Shown here: positions 36,891 through 50,224 of the stretch, one piece after another
Position numbering within the stretch: position 1 is the stretch's first letter
How the letters are laid out: each line of letters opens with the position of its first letter
NCBI GenBank assembly: GCA_950097015.1
Contig: CATNEN010000024.1
Span: 6,944,001-7,008,000, forward strand
Length of the DNA stretch: 64,000 bases
Direction of reading: 5' to 3'
Source: Macrostomum hystrix
Lineage: Eukaryota > Animalia > Platyhelminthes
Notes under the pieces: generated by a model
What the model was told of the DNA's origin: nothing
What the model saw: the letters and a program-made list of their open reading frames with translations, nothing else
The model's database searches: none
Made by a program: the position numbers and the translations under genes

Positions 36891-38977
36891 CAGGCACTTA
36901 CTCAATCATCTGCCCTGATGTTCTCATCTTCAGGCCATGTACACTTCACTGTGCCTTGGGAAGTTGGGCCTAAAGGGAATAAATTACACAAGCCCCCAAG
37001 CCTTCTCTCCATGGGCACAACCAATGGTCTCGATGTGGATTGTGGCCTTACTGTGGAATAAAGCTCAGGCATATTGGTGCTAGAGGCAGACACTGCTTTG
37101 CCACCCATCCCTAATATATGTATGTAAATACAAAATAAATTATAGATATATCTACGAGCGTATATATCATATATGGATATATACTTTTGTCAACCAACAA
37201 CACTAGAAACTAGGAATAGAAAATAGGAAACTTAAGTCTTAAGAAAATCAGTCTAATCTAAGATATTAGTACAGAAGGTAGCATAATAAGTATGACCAAC
37301 AATAGACTTCAATATTCAAATTAATTAGGTATGATTATCTGTTTTGAATTAGCACATTTGTTAATTATAGAATTTCATTACACAATACATAAAAAAATTA
37401 TCTGTTACTGTAGGCCTAGCAAGTAGAAACTATATTTTAGGCCTACTTAAACTAAAGAAATAAAAAGCTGCCTAAAATACCTTTGTTTGGAATAAGAAAA
37501 AAATGTGTTCTAATTTGTTAAAAAACATAAAAATGAATATAAGCAAATCCTCATTTGAACAAAAATAATAGGTCTAAAAACATAAATCATAATATTAAGG
37601 TTAATAAATCTAGGTCCATTACCCATAATATTAGCAGTCAGTGAAAAATCATATAAATTTGATACAGATAGGTTTGTCAATTAGGTCCTGATATTGATAG
37701 ATTTAAAATAAGTTGTTTAAGACAATATCGGTCTTATAGAGAAGAAAAAACTCAGGCAGAGTATTTCTTATGGTACATTCATCCAGATGACGATCTGTCC
37801 AATATCTCAGAGGGTGGATGATGAAGAGACTTAGACTGGTGGACACTTTGTTATCTATAAAACAAAAGTTCTCAAAGTTAGAACAGAACCACCCCTCCTC
37901 ACCTCCTCACATCGTGTTGGCACCTATCTTTCAACTCTTATAATGAAATCAGTTCTGACACCTCTTTTTGACAATTTAGAGTGTGAAGTGTGTTCACACC
38001 ACTGCCCCACCACCCACCCTCACTTTATTGATGACGAACTTGATTGCTTGTTATTAGTAGATGACAAACTGACCAAACTTTAAAGCATGCCAATTGGCTG
38101 GATGACGAAGTGTCCTACCTTCCAAGTGGATGACAAAGTTGTAAGATGACGAAGTGTCTAGGAATATTCTTATTAATATTTAGTTGGCAATATGTTACTT
38201 TGTTTTGCGTACTTATTTTTATTTTCAAAATTGCACATCCTTATTATGGAATATTAGAAAACAAAAAAATAAACAAAGAACAACAAACAGCAATGAGTGA
38301 AAATGGTCATTTGGTCAGTCACTTCAGAAGAAAATCATAGTAGATAGTAATGAGCCACCCAGTAGAACATGGCTCTGAACTGGTTCTTTGGATGAGCAAC
38401 CTGGTCTCTTGTCTTGTTCTCCAGGGACCAAAAGTAGGTGAGCTCCACTATCTTGACCAGTAGTAAGTGGATCGAAGAAGAAACCCCATTAGATAGAATG
38501 TTGGTTCCAACAATTGTGGCTGTCCTATGTGTTCCCATCAATGTATTTGTCACCTAGTGAGCCTGCAGACACATGTCTGTTCCACAGCAGTTGCAGGTAT
38601 ATTGATTTCAAAAGGTGAATGTTGACATTGACAAATCCAGTAAGTCTGCTGCAACTTGTACCTCATTTGGTGGCACAATCCAAGATGCGGCAGCTGGCTA
38701 ACCAGCCATGGCATAGAAATATTGACAGTTAGGAGAATCAAGATGCACTTCAATATTTTGTCCCCAGTCATCCTCAGCCCCAGCACAGAAAGCCTGCATA
38801 TGTCTATTGTCTATGGTACTTATTCCCCCAAATCTACATCAGCACTTAAAACCTTGCAAAGCTATATCAGCATATGTCTGTGACCCTTGCCATGTCATAT
38901 TACACATCACTGTGGTCATGTGAGTTCGAATCAGTTTGAAAAATATTTAGGGGAAAATGAAACTAAGTAAAACAATG

Positions 38978-39492
38978 GGCAAACTCCTAGTTTGTTGTGT
39001 TAAACTATTTTACAACCTATCTTCACATTTCACATTGTCCCAAACCGTACTGCCGCGACACTGCTGCCAGTCATTCAGCAGTATGTCCTTCCAGGGACAC
39101 ACATAATAACTGATGGCTCGCAGGCCTACAATGGGCTACAGAATCATGTGTCAATAAATCACTGCCTGTACTTCGTGGACCCCAATGATCCCACCCTGCA
39201 CACTAATACCATTGAGGGATTGTGGGCACAAGTGAAGGACAAGTTCTGGAGAAAGCGTGGGTGGCACAAGTGACACACTATTCGAGACTCACCTGAACGA
39301 GTATCTCTGGCACCACCTGTTCCCAGAGAAGACCCTTGGCAACTTCCTCTACTTTTGCCCATTACTATTGATTGTTGACTACATCCTTTTCAAGCTTTTA
39401 ACTCTGTCATTTTAAATTCCACGCGTGCCATTTTAACTTTTAAAAGGTTTTAAGTGTAAAAATAATGTAACGCAACAAACTAGGAGTTTGCC
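38978..39492 (+). mobile_element. Internally deleted Merlin (IS1595/ISXO2-like) DNA transposon
   Basis: About 38-bp TIRs GGCAAACTCCTAGTTTGTTG; 8-bp TSD AAACAATG/AAACATTG; remnant reads VPNRTAATLLPVIQQYVLPGTHIITDG...HTNTIEGLWAQVK, then a stop/frameshift. Confidence 0.9.
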
Positions 39493-41359
39493 AAACATTG
39501 CCCTTTAGAGACAAGTAAACAACACTGTTTTCATATAGTATTGGATGCAATAGCTAATATTCGTATGGGTCTAATATGATAATGATAATTAATTGGGTGG
39601 CTCTGCCACAACAAACAAGACAGGACTGACTGATACTGTGATAGGTGGACTCAACGGCTTCATGCATGCATAGCTAGTATTTAGTATAGTTTTAGATTTA
39701 GATCCAGGGCACGTATAAGATCTATATATGTGGCGCACATGTATGTTTGATTTCTAAGTATGATATACATTTTTAATTAAAGATGCATAATACGTTGTAT
39801 TTGTACATGTACTTGGAAGTTGGTTGAAGTGCACGACACGATCACGAGGGCGAAAAATTATGCGATGAACGGCGATTGAATCGGCGCGAAAAGTTTATAC
39901 ATGGTCGAGACGCATAATTTACTGAACTTGCGTGTAACTGTTAGAAGTTTAAACATTGTTAACATCGTTAAGCTCTTCCTTACTGCTTTTTTGCGAAATT
40001 GATGAAGTGCACTACGAAAGAACGAGCCAATACGTTTTGTAGCCACTTTCTGACGAGGGTATTTTTAAGACATGTGTCGTAAATGCAATCAGAGAGTACA
40101 AAAAGTTGCAAAGATGTCTACATATACGCATAAACATGTACTCAAAGGTTCTTTAAAATATGTACTTTAAAGTTCGCAAAATTGCAAAAATGCATAGAAC
40201 AGGACCTAGGCATCCTGTATGAAAAATTGAGGCTAAAAAGTTGATTGATCAATTAATTAACTGACAAGTGAATCTAGGTACGCTTTTTTAATTCAAAGAA
40301 AAAATCGGAGTAGAATTTCGCCCAGGAGAATGTAGTCCGTAATCCGAGCATGTAGAGTGTTTCCAGCTCGCCGGGCTGTTATCTTCTTAGTATATATTCG
40401 TCGAAACAAAATAGAGAAGTTAACTTAAATTGAGGGGGCAATATTCTAAAGTTATTGTTTGCTTGTTCACACGCGTAGCCTTAGCAACCTCAAAGGTTAG
40501 AAGATTGACTGAAAAAAGTTTATAATTTTTCTATTTTTATTCATTATTGAAATACGAACAACTCGAAGCAGACTGAGCACAATTAAACAATCAGCATTCT
40601 CTTTTAGTTTCAAAGCCACTATATGCACTTTTATTTTAATTAAGATCGGCAAGTTGCCGCTCCCCAATTACTTGGTCATGAGCGTACATTTTCAGTTATT
40701 TGAAATTCAGCTAATTTTAATTTCGTAGTAGATACTGTATGCAGCAATTCTTTGTTTAATACCACAACTTAATTGTTATACAGATGTCGGCCTTCCTTGT
40801 TGCATGATAGCTGGTGTAGCTGCGTGCATGAGAAAAACTCCCAAACCATCGGGATGCCCAAGCAGATGTGCGCTGTCTCACAATTGCGGCCTTAGTTGTC
40901 ATAGTAACGCGACAGCGAAGTATCCTTGACAGACAATGGAATAACTTTGCGTCCCAATACAGGATATAGACCGCGAACAGAATTGGAGTGGGCCATAAGA
41001 ATACTCAAGCTGCTATAGAAGTTGTCAGAATTGCAGGGTCCTAGACTGAATTCAATTCTTTCGGATGAGTCAATAGTTTGACTTTCTGATTGGAAAAAAC
41101 ACCTGTACAAATTGACAGCTAGAGAAGGATTTAGTTGCAAAACAAAACAACACAACCAGGAAGTCGCCGACATGAACTACTCCACAAGGTACTTTTAGGG
41201 CTGGGTTTTGTGTAGCTTCATTTGGCAGAGAATCTTATAATGAATACTTCATTTACGTTTTTAAGTTTGGAACCATAATCTCGTTTTCAAATGAACTCAC
41301 AAGGCTAATGAAAAAGCGATTAAGTTTTTTTTGCGAGATCGTTTTTATCATCACCGCAG

Positions 41360-41744
41360 ATTCGGGCAGCTCAGCAGCAACCGCAGTCATGGCGCTGCAG
41401 TCAAGGCACGCGGCGATTCCGGCGGTGAGACGCACTGGCCCGAGTCCTGGCTGCAGCGGAGCCCCCAGGAGGCCGCGGGTCTCGCGGACCTCCTGGGGCC
41501 GAATCGATCAGAGTACACAGATCGCTTCCGGCCGCTTCCTCCTAGGGCTCAGAAAACTACTGGCGACTTCGTGATTAACCCGACACCTGAGTTTAATGGA
41601 TCAGCGGATAACGGAAAGTCCGCGACTCAGGATACCTCCCTGCCACTGGCCTCCGAGTATGGCACCAGGTACATGTGGCCTGACGGACGACACCTGCCGC
41701 CTACTCCGTGGACTAAGCCGAGCTCTGGTTCAAGAACCAACTGA
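41360..41744 (+). CDS. Probable terminal coding exon of an unidentified gene
   Basis: GC-rich island after a CCGCAG acceptor; frame with SEYTDRF and SEYGTRYMWP motifs; upstream exons not found. Confidence 0.35.
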
Positions 41745-42449
41745 ATACAGATGACTAAAGTCTGCTTTTGCAATAAACAAAATAACTACAATTACTTGAT
41801 GAGTTAATACACTAGCTGTGTGTAAAGCCTAGGTTTATCTACCAAGAACATAAAAGCACATCTTGAAAACTACCAATAATAGCTTCAGCAGTTAATAGTT
41901 CTTTAAATAAAAGAATAATTTAAACTGGTACATTGCTTTGAATATGCAATCCTATAGCAATTTCACGTTTGCGCTTCTAGATCACGCAGCGTAATTCTAT
42001 GTTGAGAAAAATGAGAGCCTGAAATGAAATAGAATGAGAAGATAAACTGGCATTGAAAAGCACCCACGTCTTTCAGTTTTCCGAAAGAAATCTCATCCAT
42101 CTAGACTTTGTTTGCACTGCAAGGGTTGCGGCTCTGAAAGACTTTGTTTTGCTGACTTTGCCTTTCGGCAGCAGAAATGTCCCGTAGGTTAGCTTTCAGC
42201 TGCTCAATTGTTAATATCAACTGTCTTTACTTGAAAACAGGGTGCGATTAACAGACAAGATAGAAATTGCATCTGTTGGGCCAGCCACAAAATCGCTCGG
42301 CGCTTCTAAATGTTGTGTACAACAATTCAGTCTATGGACAGGGAGCGCCACGCCACCCAAATTTCTGCCCATTTCACTGCTGGGTCAACTGAAGCAGTTG
42401 GAAGTCCGTGGGTCAAAGCCACTGGTACTAGAAGTTACACTGTACAACA

Positions 42450-42745
42450 GGGGTTGTAGCCTAGTGGTTAGAGCGTCGGACTCTCGACTTGAAGGTCGGG
42501 GGTTCGACTCCTGACTCCACTGGAATTTATATTCTCCAGCAAGGCACTTAACTCTGGATTGCTTCAGTTCACGCAGCCGTTAAATGGGTTCCAGGACTAG
42601 CTGGGGCAATTCAGGGTGGGTGTGGCGTCCCCCCAGTCCATGGACTGAACAGCCGTACGCAGCCCTCATATGCGACTCGCAATAGATGCGGCTGTGCTGT
42701 CGGCTGCACATCTGGCCCATTTGGGGCCAGGTGTAATCGATTACT
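42450..42745 (+). mobile_element. SINE family B (tRNA head + CORE-like domain), reference copy
   Basis: Head GGGGTTGTAGCCTAGTGG...GGTTCGACTCC. CAAGGCACTTAACTCTGGATTGCTTCAGTT...GTTAAATGGG resembles the MIR/CORE consensus as recalled. Confidence 0.85.
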
Positions 42746-43832
42746 AGGATTATTAAAAGGTAATATCTTTGAGCCAAAACATGATTAACATTGTTTGAAA
42801 TATTATGACGCATAATTTTCCATTAGTAACCTTAGTTACTAACGTAGACCAGTAAGCAGCTATTGCTTCGATCGGACAGAGTACTATAAGCATATTCGCA
42901 GTTTTTTTGCTTTTTTTCTACAGCTAGACTGTTTACAATGCGTGCGCCCGCGTTTGTTGAGTAGCGGCTTAATGGGCCTGACAACCAGCAGCTGCATTAG
43001 AGGCTCAGCTAAGAGATGAGAAATATGTTGAGCGCTGAGTAGTGTTAGTGAGTGGAACTGTGTTAGATGTGTGTATGTTTGTGTGTATGAGTTTGACAAT
43101 GGCTATATGTAGGAGTTCTTCTCTTTGCTTTCATTTCGGGTTTTATTTTTTATTTTGGTAAGACCTACTAGCCTAGTGTGTGTTGGCAGGTATTTTGGCA
43201 AGTCTAGCAGATACGGGTTTGTGAGATAGTGTGAGTAGTCTGAGCTTAGATACCAAGGGCTCTATCGCTGGAAATTAAGCAGGCAACATATCTGGAGGGT
43301 CATTGCAGAGATGCGCGGAGTTGCTGGGCGGACTGGCGAGGAAGAATGCTAACTCTAGGGCGAGACGCAACAATAATGGCCCGCATCGTCCTTTTCAGGG
43401 GCCTCCAGCCACCCCAGCCTTCGCTGCCCACCCCTGACGTGGCCAGCCTGAATAGCCACCGTTGAGCCCGCGGGAGCTTATTCAGACTGTCCCTCCACCC
43501 TCCTCCCTCCGCGCTCTCCGTCTCTTAATTCGCGGTTGCTGGGGACAAGGAAAGTGCAGCGCTGCCAGAGTCAGCTGCGTACAATGAAAAGGAGAAAGAA
43601 ATAGACATGTCGGGGGAGGCTGGCTGAGGGAGGGGGGTAGGGGCTGAGGCCGGTCCCAGGTAGGGCGCGGTAGAGTCGGGCCTAGCGACGGCATCTTTTT
43701 AAACAGAGAGTCTCCCGCGTCAGGTGTAAGAGGGCTAAGCAAAGGGTGGGCAGCTTTTGTATTTGAAAACAATCGTAAGCCGCAGGCAGTGCTCCGGCGG
43801 TTTTTCAATCAGCAACAGCAGCAGCAGCAGCA

Positions 43833-46800
43833 ATGCCTGGCAGCCATCGGAGCCGCTCGAAGTCCCCTGGCGGCGGTAGCCACCGCAGCCGGCGTTCGCG
43901 CTCAAAGTCCAAGTCAAGCCACAGCCGCAGCGGCAGCAGGAAGAGCCACAAGAGCAGCCGCAGCAGCTCCCGGTCCGGCTACTCGAAGGAGTTCGGAAAC
44001 AAGCGCCAGCCCATTGTGCTGGCCTATGCGCCACCAGAGAAGCCGACGGGCGGCGTCGGTAGGGGACGGGGTCGCGGGCGTGGACGAGCCGGCGTCCAGG
44101 TCGAGAAGAAAACTCCTGGGGCGCCTAGCCAGGTTAAGAAGGCCAAGAGCCACGGCAGCCGTAGCAGCAGCCGCAGCGGCAGTCGAGACGGCAAGAAGAA
44201 GGGCGACTCCGACTCCGAGAAGAAGTCGGACAAGGGCGAGAAGAAGGGCGAGAAAAAGGGCGGAGGCGGCGGCGGTCGTGGCGGAGCTGCTGGGGCCAGC
44301 CAGAAGAAGGACAAGAAGAAGGAGGACGAGGACAAGGGCGGCAAGAAGAAGAAGGGCGGCTCCCGCTCCCGCTCGGGCTCAAGGTCCAGCAGCAGCAGCA
44401 GCTCGAGCTCTTCGTCAAGCGATGAAGAGAGTGAGTCCCGTTTTTTATTTTACAGAAGAGCCATATCTCAGCGTTATCTCAGAGTATAGAAATTCTGAGT
44501 ACGTTTCTCTTAAACAAGTCGATTAAGTTCAACTTAAACTTCTAAACTTCTGTAACGTTTACTTCTATCGGATACTCGTAGATGATTCCACATCCATTCA
44601 CTAATATAGCCTCGCATCGATCCTTCAACACATTGTCAGACACAATCTATAAGGCGGAGCTCAAGGAGCTCAAGGTGGACCTGAAAGAGCTGCACGATAA
44701 GGCCAAGCAGCAGCAGAGCAGCCGACGAGGAGGCAAGCACAAGGACGACAAGGCCGGCAAGCCTGGAAAGGATAAGAAGGAAAAGGAATGCTCAGAAAAA
44801 TCTTTGCACCATCCAGACGTGTCAAACGACCTGGGACCGTACGCAAACACGCAGACGGTGGAATTTCTCATGAAGAAGGTGAATGATTCGCAGAATTAGT
44901 TATCCAGGACTAGCTTTGCTATCCACTTCAATCCCTCAATAATGTTAGACTCGAACCACTCACACCAAACCTTCTAGGACAAGAGCCGCAAGTACTATCC
45001 GGCGACCAAATTCACTGCCACTTCGCTAATCGATCCGTGGGACGAGATGGCGGACAAGAAGCCGACTAAGCGAGTCAAGAAGCCCAAACAGTGCGTTAGT
45101 GTTTGCCTTCTTGAGTACTTGACTAGCTTAGTCTATTGAATATTTTATGCTCCTAAACCAATAGTTTATTCACGACTTCGTTTTTGGTATAATGATAAAA
45201 AAGTTTACACTACCTTCAAACCTTAATCTAGCAAACGCGATACCAAGTCCAAGGACAAGAAGTCATCATCCTCGTCTTCGTCATCTGACAACGAGGACAA
45301 GAAGGACGACGACAAGAAAGAGGAAAATGAGGAGAAGAAGGAGGAGAAGGAGGAGAAGAAGGAGGAGAAGAAGGAGGAGAAGAAGAAGGACGAGAAAGAC
45401 AAGAGCGATAAGAAAGATGGCGCCAAGAAGACCCCTCGGCACGGCCCGATGCCCATCCTGGAGTTTGACACAAGCACGGAGTACTGGCGCAAACCGGTGC
45501 CGTTCACTGAGCTGCCGAAAATCAGGTGAGAGGCCATTGTCTGCACTGACAACAGTTGTCTAGGAGGAGACGTGAAGATGAGTGGAGTCAGGAGGCGTTG
45601 GCAGGAAGCGGGTCGGACAAAGGGTCCTGCAAGCCAGCGACCGGGAACTCCCTATTTACTGCTAATAAAGGCTGAACGCAGGGACTACTTAAACTACCGG
45701 CTACCTGGACGGAATTCTAAGCAAATCATGCAAAATTTCTTACTAAGCTGGCTTAATCTATGGCCATCTTTAAAGTAATATAGCTGGCTATTTTGTTGGC
45801 TGTAGTACGGAAGGTAGTTTAAGGCCAGACGGCCAGACAGATGGAAAGATTTGGACCCCTCTGTGTTGGGCAACGCCGTCTCACTGGCTGACCCCGTCGC
45901 GACCTTCCCTGTGATCTGCGCGTCCAGAGGTTGTACCCCGTCTCGTCTATATAGATTACCAACGTATCCAGTTGCAATCCCGCCATGAGTAGCGCATACT
46001 CGCGTCGCTTCTCTATCACCGCGGGAGAGTTCGCGCTCAATCGAATGTCTCAGTTCTTAGAGGCAATCTTAAATGTATACAGGGCTCCATCCAGAGCTCT
46101 GGCTATTGTCTTAATGGAGACCGGTGGCTTGTCTGGAAGCTGAGCAGCGAGATTAGTCTGCAATGCTTTTAGTGTCGCCATCGGATTTTCATTTAAGAGG
46201 CCGATGAGCACTTGGCGCATCTCGTCGTCCAGCTCGCAAGAGCCGATCTTCCGGCCTCCGCGCTAAAGAGCATCAATCCGACCTGTAGCTTCAAAAGTGG
46301 CAATGATGTGTCGAGCGGTTTTCAATTTGATGCCAAGAATTGTAGCGGCTAGACCAATATCCTGTCCTTCCGTCCACGCGGAGATCAAGCGTCTTCTATC
46401 AACGTTGCTGGTTGCCCTCATTTTGGCGGAACAGCTTCAAATGTTAACAAAACTATAGCCAGAATAACATAGAACTTATGTGTTGGCTGAGATTGCTCGT
46501 CCCAAGCTGAGACAGCATGGTCTTGAAATGCATGTCTATGGTAAAAATTAGCAGCTTCAGTAAAAAACCGCAGTGACAAGATGGGCTGGCTGAGTTTGAA
46601 TGCCCATTCGCTGAGATAGCCTGACAAAAGCAATAGTCGGACGCAGTTGATATAGCCATTTACGAATGGTTTGGACACTAGCTGAGACAAAATAATGCCC
46701 GGATTTACCATAGACAGCTTGCAATAAATACAATTATCCAACCGTCAGCGTGCAGATAATGGTGACTGGAGCATTATTGCACGCTGTCTATGGTAAATAT

Positions 46801-47942
46801 TGATGTCCAAACCATTCGTCAATGTGATAGAAGCCATCTCTTCATTGACGAACCCATTGTTATTAAAGTCTTTAAAGGCTATTTAAAAGCTGATAAATCT
46901 ATTTAAACATTTTAGCTTGAATTTTAGAAGTGCTACTTATAGACCTAATGATACGTTAAAGTATAATAATGTATAAAAATCAAAAGTCCAAACTCGAAAT
47001 TCAGACCTGCAGCCAAAGAGGAGAGAATGCTGACCATTCCGCTGGTCCTGGGCGCACTCGCACTCTTCTTGGATCTGGTCAGGGAGGTCAGGAGCTCGAG
47101 TCCCAGCCCAAATGAAGCTACTTGTGCTCTTAAACACGATAATTAATTGCCTAGTGCTTCGTTTCTCCCAGCTGTAAATTGGGTTCCATCGTCATCTAGA
47201 GCAAATAAGGGTGGGTTTGGTGGCATGGTCCACGGACTGAATGTTGTACACAACCTTTGGAAGCGCCTCGCAATAGCTGCGGCTGTGCCATTGGCTGTAC
47301 ATCTGGCCAATCTGAGGACTCGCGTGGGATAAGAACTCAGGACCTCAGAACTCAGGACTCGGTGCGGGAGTCGATTGCGCTAAGTATCAATTATAAGAAC
47401 GGGTCCTAAAAAGCATTCTGAACGCCAATTTCAGAGCTCAGATACGCGAGGAGTACATGGCCAACGGTTCTAAGAAGACCGAGAGTGATTACAACCGGAC
47501 CAAGGAGGACTTCCACAACTTGGAGCTCGACCGCATGGAGGAGGTGAAGAAGTCATCGAGGCGCAACCTGACCAAGACCTACAATGCCTACCTGACAAAC
47601 ACCCCCGGCTCCAAGAAGGCCCTGGACGAGTGCCTGAAGGAGGTGAAGACTCGCCTAGGCGACGAGTGGGAGTCCTCCAGCGACGAGGAGGGCCGGCGGA
47701 CTGTACGGGAGCAGGCCAAGAAGAACATGGAGTCGGAGCGGCGCAAGCAGCGCAGCGGACACGGCGGCGGCGGCGGCCGGTCCCGTTCAAACAGTCCGCA
47801 AGGCAAAGGTCGCGGCCGCGGTCGCGGACACCAGAGAGACGGCAGCGCCGGCAGCCGAGGCAGCGGCAGAGGTGGCAGGTCACGTTCCAACACGCCACCC
47901 GGACACGGCGGCTCTAGGAAGGGCAGTCCCGCCCGGGCCTGA
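43833..47942 (+). CDS. Unknown protein with RS/RG-rich ends, K/E-rich tracts and a short non-repetitive C-terminal domain. Exons 43833-44430, 44640-44878, 44978-45090, 45232-45525, 47435-47942.
   Basis: All four GT-AG introns are phase-consistent (1,0,2,2); GC-rich codon usage. Confidence 0.8.
45819..46421 (-). pseudogene. Decayed Tc1/IS630-like transposase in intron 4 of the unknown gene
   Basis: MRATSNVDRRRLI...HTH-like region with an in-frame TAG, a frameshift near 46040, then VIYIDETGYNLWTRRSQGRS...RGPNLSICLAV; truncated. Confidence 0.85.
47150..47320 (+). mobile_element. Diverged SINE family B body
   Basis: CCCAGCTGTAAATTGGGT...GGACTGAA...GCAATAGCTGCGGCTGTG...ACATCTGGCC. Confidence 0.65.
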
Positions 47943-49008
47943 GCAGCAGCTATCGAGTAAAGCATAGAGACCCATCGAGCGGAAAGCTTTGAAGCCACAA
48001 ATTTAATAAGACAATTTACAGAGGGTCTCTCTGGTTTAACTTTTGCTACTCAAATCTGACATGATGCAGTGTGAAGCTTTCAAAATATGCAGCCTGTTTG
48101 CCTGTTGCACCAATCTAACCTCCCTACCCAAATCTCTGCTCAAACGGCAAAGCCCTGCAGTTTTGAGATCTTATTTGAGTTGCGCGTATTCTGCCAATAA
48201 ATTCTATTTCCTATGTCCGTCCGTTTTATTTCTCAGTCTGTCTAAGTTGGCTCTCTGACTTCGAAGATTATAGTAAATGACTCTGATAAGTACTCTGCTG
48301 ACTTTATTTTTCCTAACTATATTTAAGCGTTTTTGCTTTCTAGGTAATAGATCCCTGGACGTGTACATTAATTGTCCGTAATCAATATAGAAAAGGTAAA
48401 CTAAGCCCTATTACGAGTATATATGCTGATTTAAAAAGGATTTGATACAGACAAAATAAATAGGAAAATATTTTGTAGCTGCTTTCATTTTTCAACGCTT
48501 ACACTGCACGATTTATATTTAAAGACATTTTAACAGCATATTTTGGTTGACAACTGTTTGCGACTCTTCATACAATTTATCACGGGTGCGAGCTGGTCAA
48601 TTTGTACAAAAAATATAATATCATATAATATCAAAATTGGCGCGACTGAAGCAACAATAAGCTATAATCACTACTGTCACATCACAAGTAGCATGAGTAG
48701 TATACGCGCAGACGTTGGCCACAAAAATTTGGGAAAATACATTTATTCAAAAGCTGGACAAAAGCACGACAGTAAAAATAGCAAAATAAGACAAATATCA
48801 ATGGCAGCAGAGACAGCCACAGAAAATCAATTAGTTTTTTAACCGTAACTAACACAGCACGGAGCAGACGTGACATTCGGATGAAACTTTTTCTCTAATT
48901 TAGCGGAGACCAGCCTTCAATACTGAAAACTGACAACGAAAATCGATAGTATAAGAGTTTTGTCATCATTTCGGTTTAGAATTGCAGCAGTCTGTTTTGT
49001 TTAAAGCG

Positions 49009-49182
49009 TCACAAAATTAGACAGAAGCGCGATTTGGCAGCAGTCGCAGCGGTTGCCGGCTCATTCTCTCGATCATTGTTCTGCTGCTGCCAGCTACTGT
49101 CACTGTCTAAATTTCCACCGTGAATTTCCACGGTAGCATTTGAAGCCTTGCTGCCATTCTTAGCTCCGTTCACTCTGCTAGT

Positions 49183-49234
<52 letters not shown>

Positions 49235-49500
49235 CTTCGTTTTAGACCCCTAACTGCCGAGCTGCCGACCCCGGTCGACCCTGTTGTGAAAGTAGCCAAG
49301 CTCTTCTGCTGGGCCTTCTTTCGGTCCTCCTGCAGCTGGAAGATTCTCGTCACCGTCAGCGGAGCGATGGTTCGTCTATGCGTAGGCGTTACGCCGCCTG
49401 CGCTGTTGCTGATTGCGTCTGGTGGGACTATCGAACCTTGGCGGTGACGGCGATTCGGGTGGATAAGATGTTCATTCAGGGACCATTGGGTAGAGGCAGT
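49009..49500 (-). CDS. Terminal exon with polyQ ending in CaaX motif CLIL; probably the 3' end of the NACHT-WD40 gene, together with an exon at about 50341-50610
   Basis: Open frame ...QQQQ...AKSRFCLIL*. Linkage to the upstream exons is inferred. Confidence 0.6.
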
Positions 49501-49512
49501 CTGTTGAGGGAC

Positions 49513-50224
49513 CATAATAGGGGTTGTAGCCCAGTAGGGGTTGTAGCCTAGTAGGGGTTGTAGCCTAGTAGGGGGTTGTAGCCTAGTAGGGGGTTGTAGC
49601 CTAGTAGGGGGTTATAGCCTAGTAGGGGTTGTAGCCTAGTAGGGGTTGTAGCCTAGTAGGGGTTGTAGCCTAGTAGGGGTTGTAGCCTAGTAGGGGGTTG
49701 TAGCCTAGTAGGGGTTGTAGCCTAGTAGGGGGTTGTAGCCTAGTAGGGGGTTGTAGCCTAGTAGGGGGTTATAGCCTAGTAGGGGTTGTAGCCTAGTAGG
49801 GGTTGTAGCCTAGTAGGGGTTGTAGCCTAGTAGGGGTTGTAGCCTAGTAGGGGGTTGTAGCCTAGTAGGGGTTGTAGCCTAGTAGGGTTTGTAGCCTAGT
49901 AGGGGTTGTAGCCTAGTAGGGGTTGTAGCCTAGTAGGGGTTGTAGCGTGGTTCGATTTCTTACTCCACTGGAATAATTATGTTTCATTTAGCTCGTAGCA
50001 ACACACTTAACTCTGCATTGCACGCAGCTGTTAAATGGGTACCAGGATTAGCTGGGGACAATTCAGGGTGGGTGTGGCGTCCCCTCAGTCCATGGACTGA
50101 ACATCCGCACGCAGCGTTCAGATGCGCCGCGCAATGGCTGAAGCAGTGCAGTCGGCTGCACATCTGGCCCAGTCGGAGCAAGTGAAATAAATAAAAAATA
50201 TTTTTTTCCTTTTATTGGTTGGAA
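49513..50224 (+). mobile_element. SINE family B insertion with tandemly amplified head, flanked by a 17-bp TSD
   Basis: GCAGTCTGTTGAGGGAC at 49496-49512 and 50225-50241; body 49947-50180 matches the copy at 42450. Confidence 0.88.
49520..49946 (+). repeat. 17-18-nt repeat GGGGTTGTAGCCTAGTA, about 24-25 copies
   Basis: Visible; matches the first 16 nt of the family B head. Confidence 0.95.

Noticed and set aside
37780-38900. Scattered GATGAC(G/A)AA motifs and short ORFs
   Set aside because: Probably decayed transposon ends; no family, TIR or intact motif could be supported
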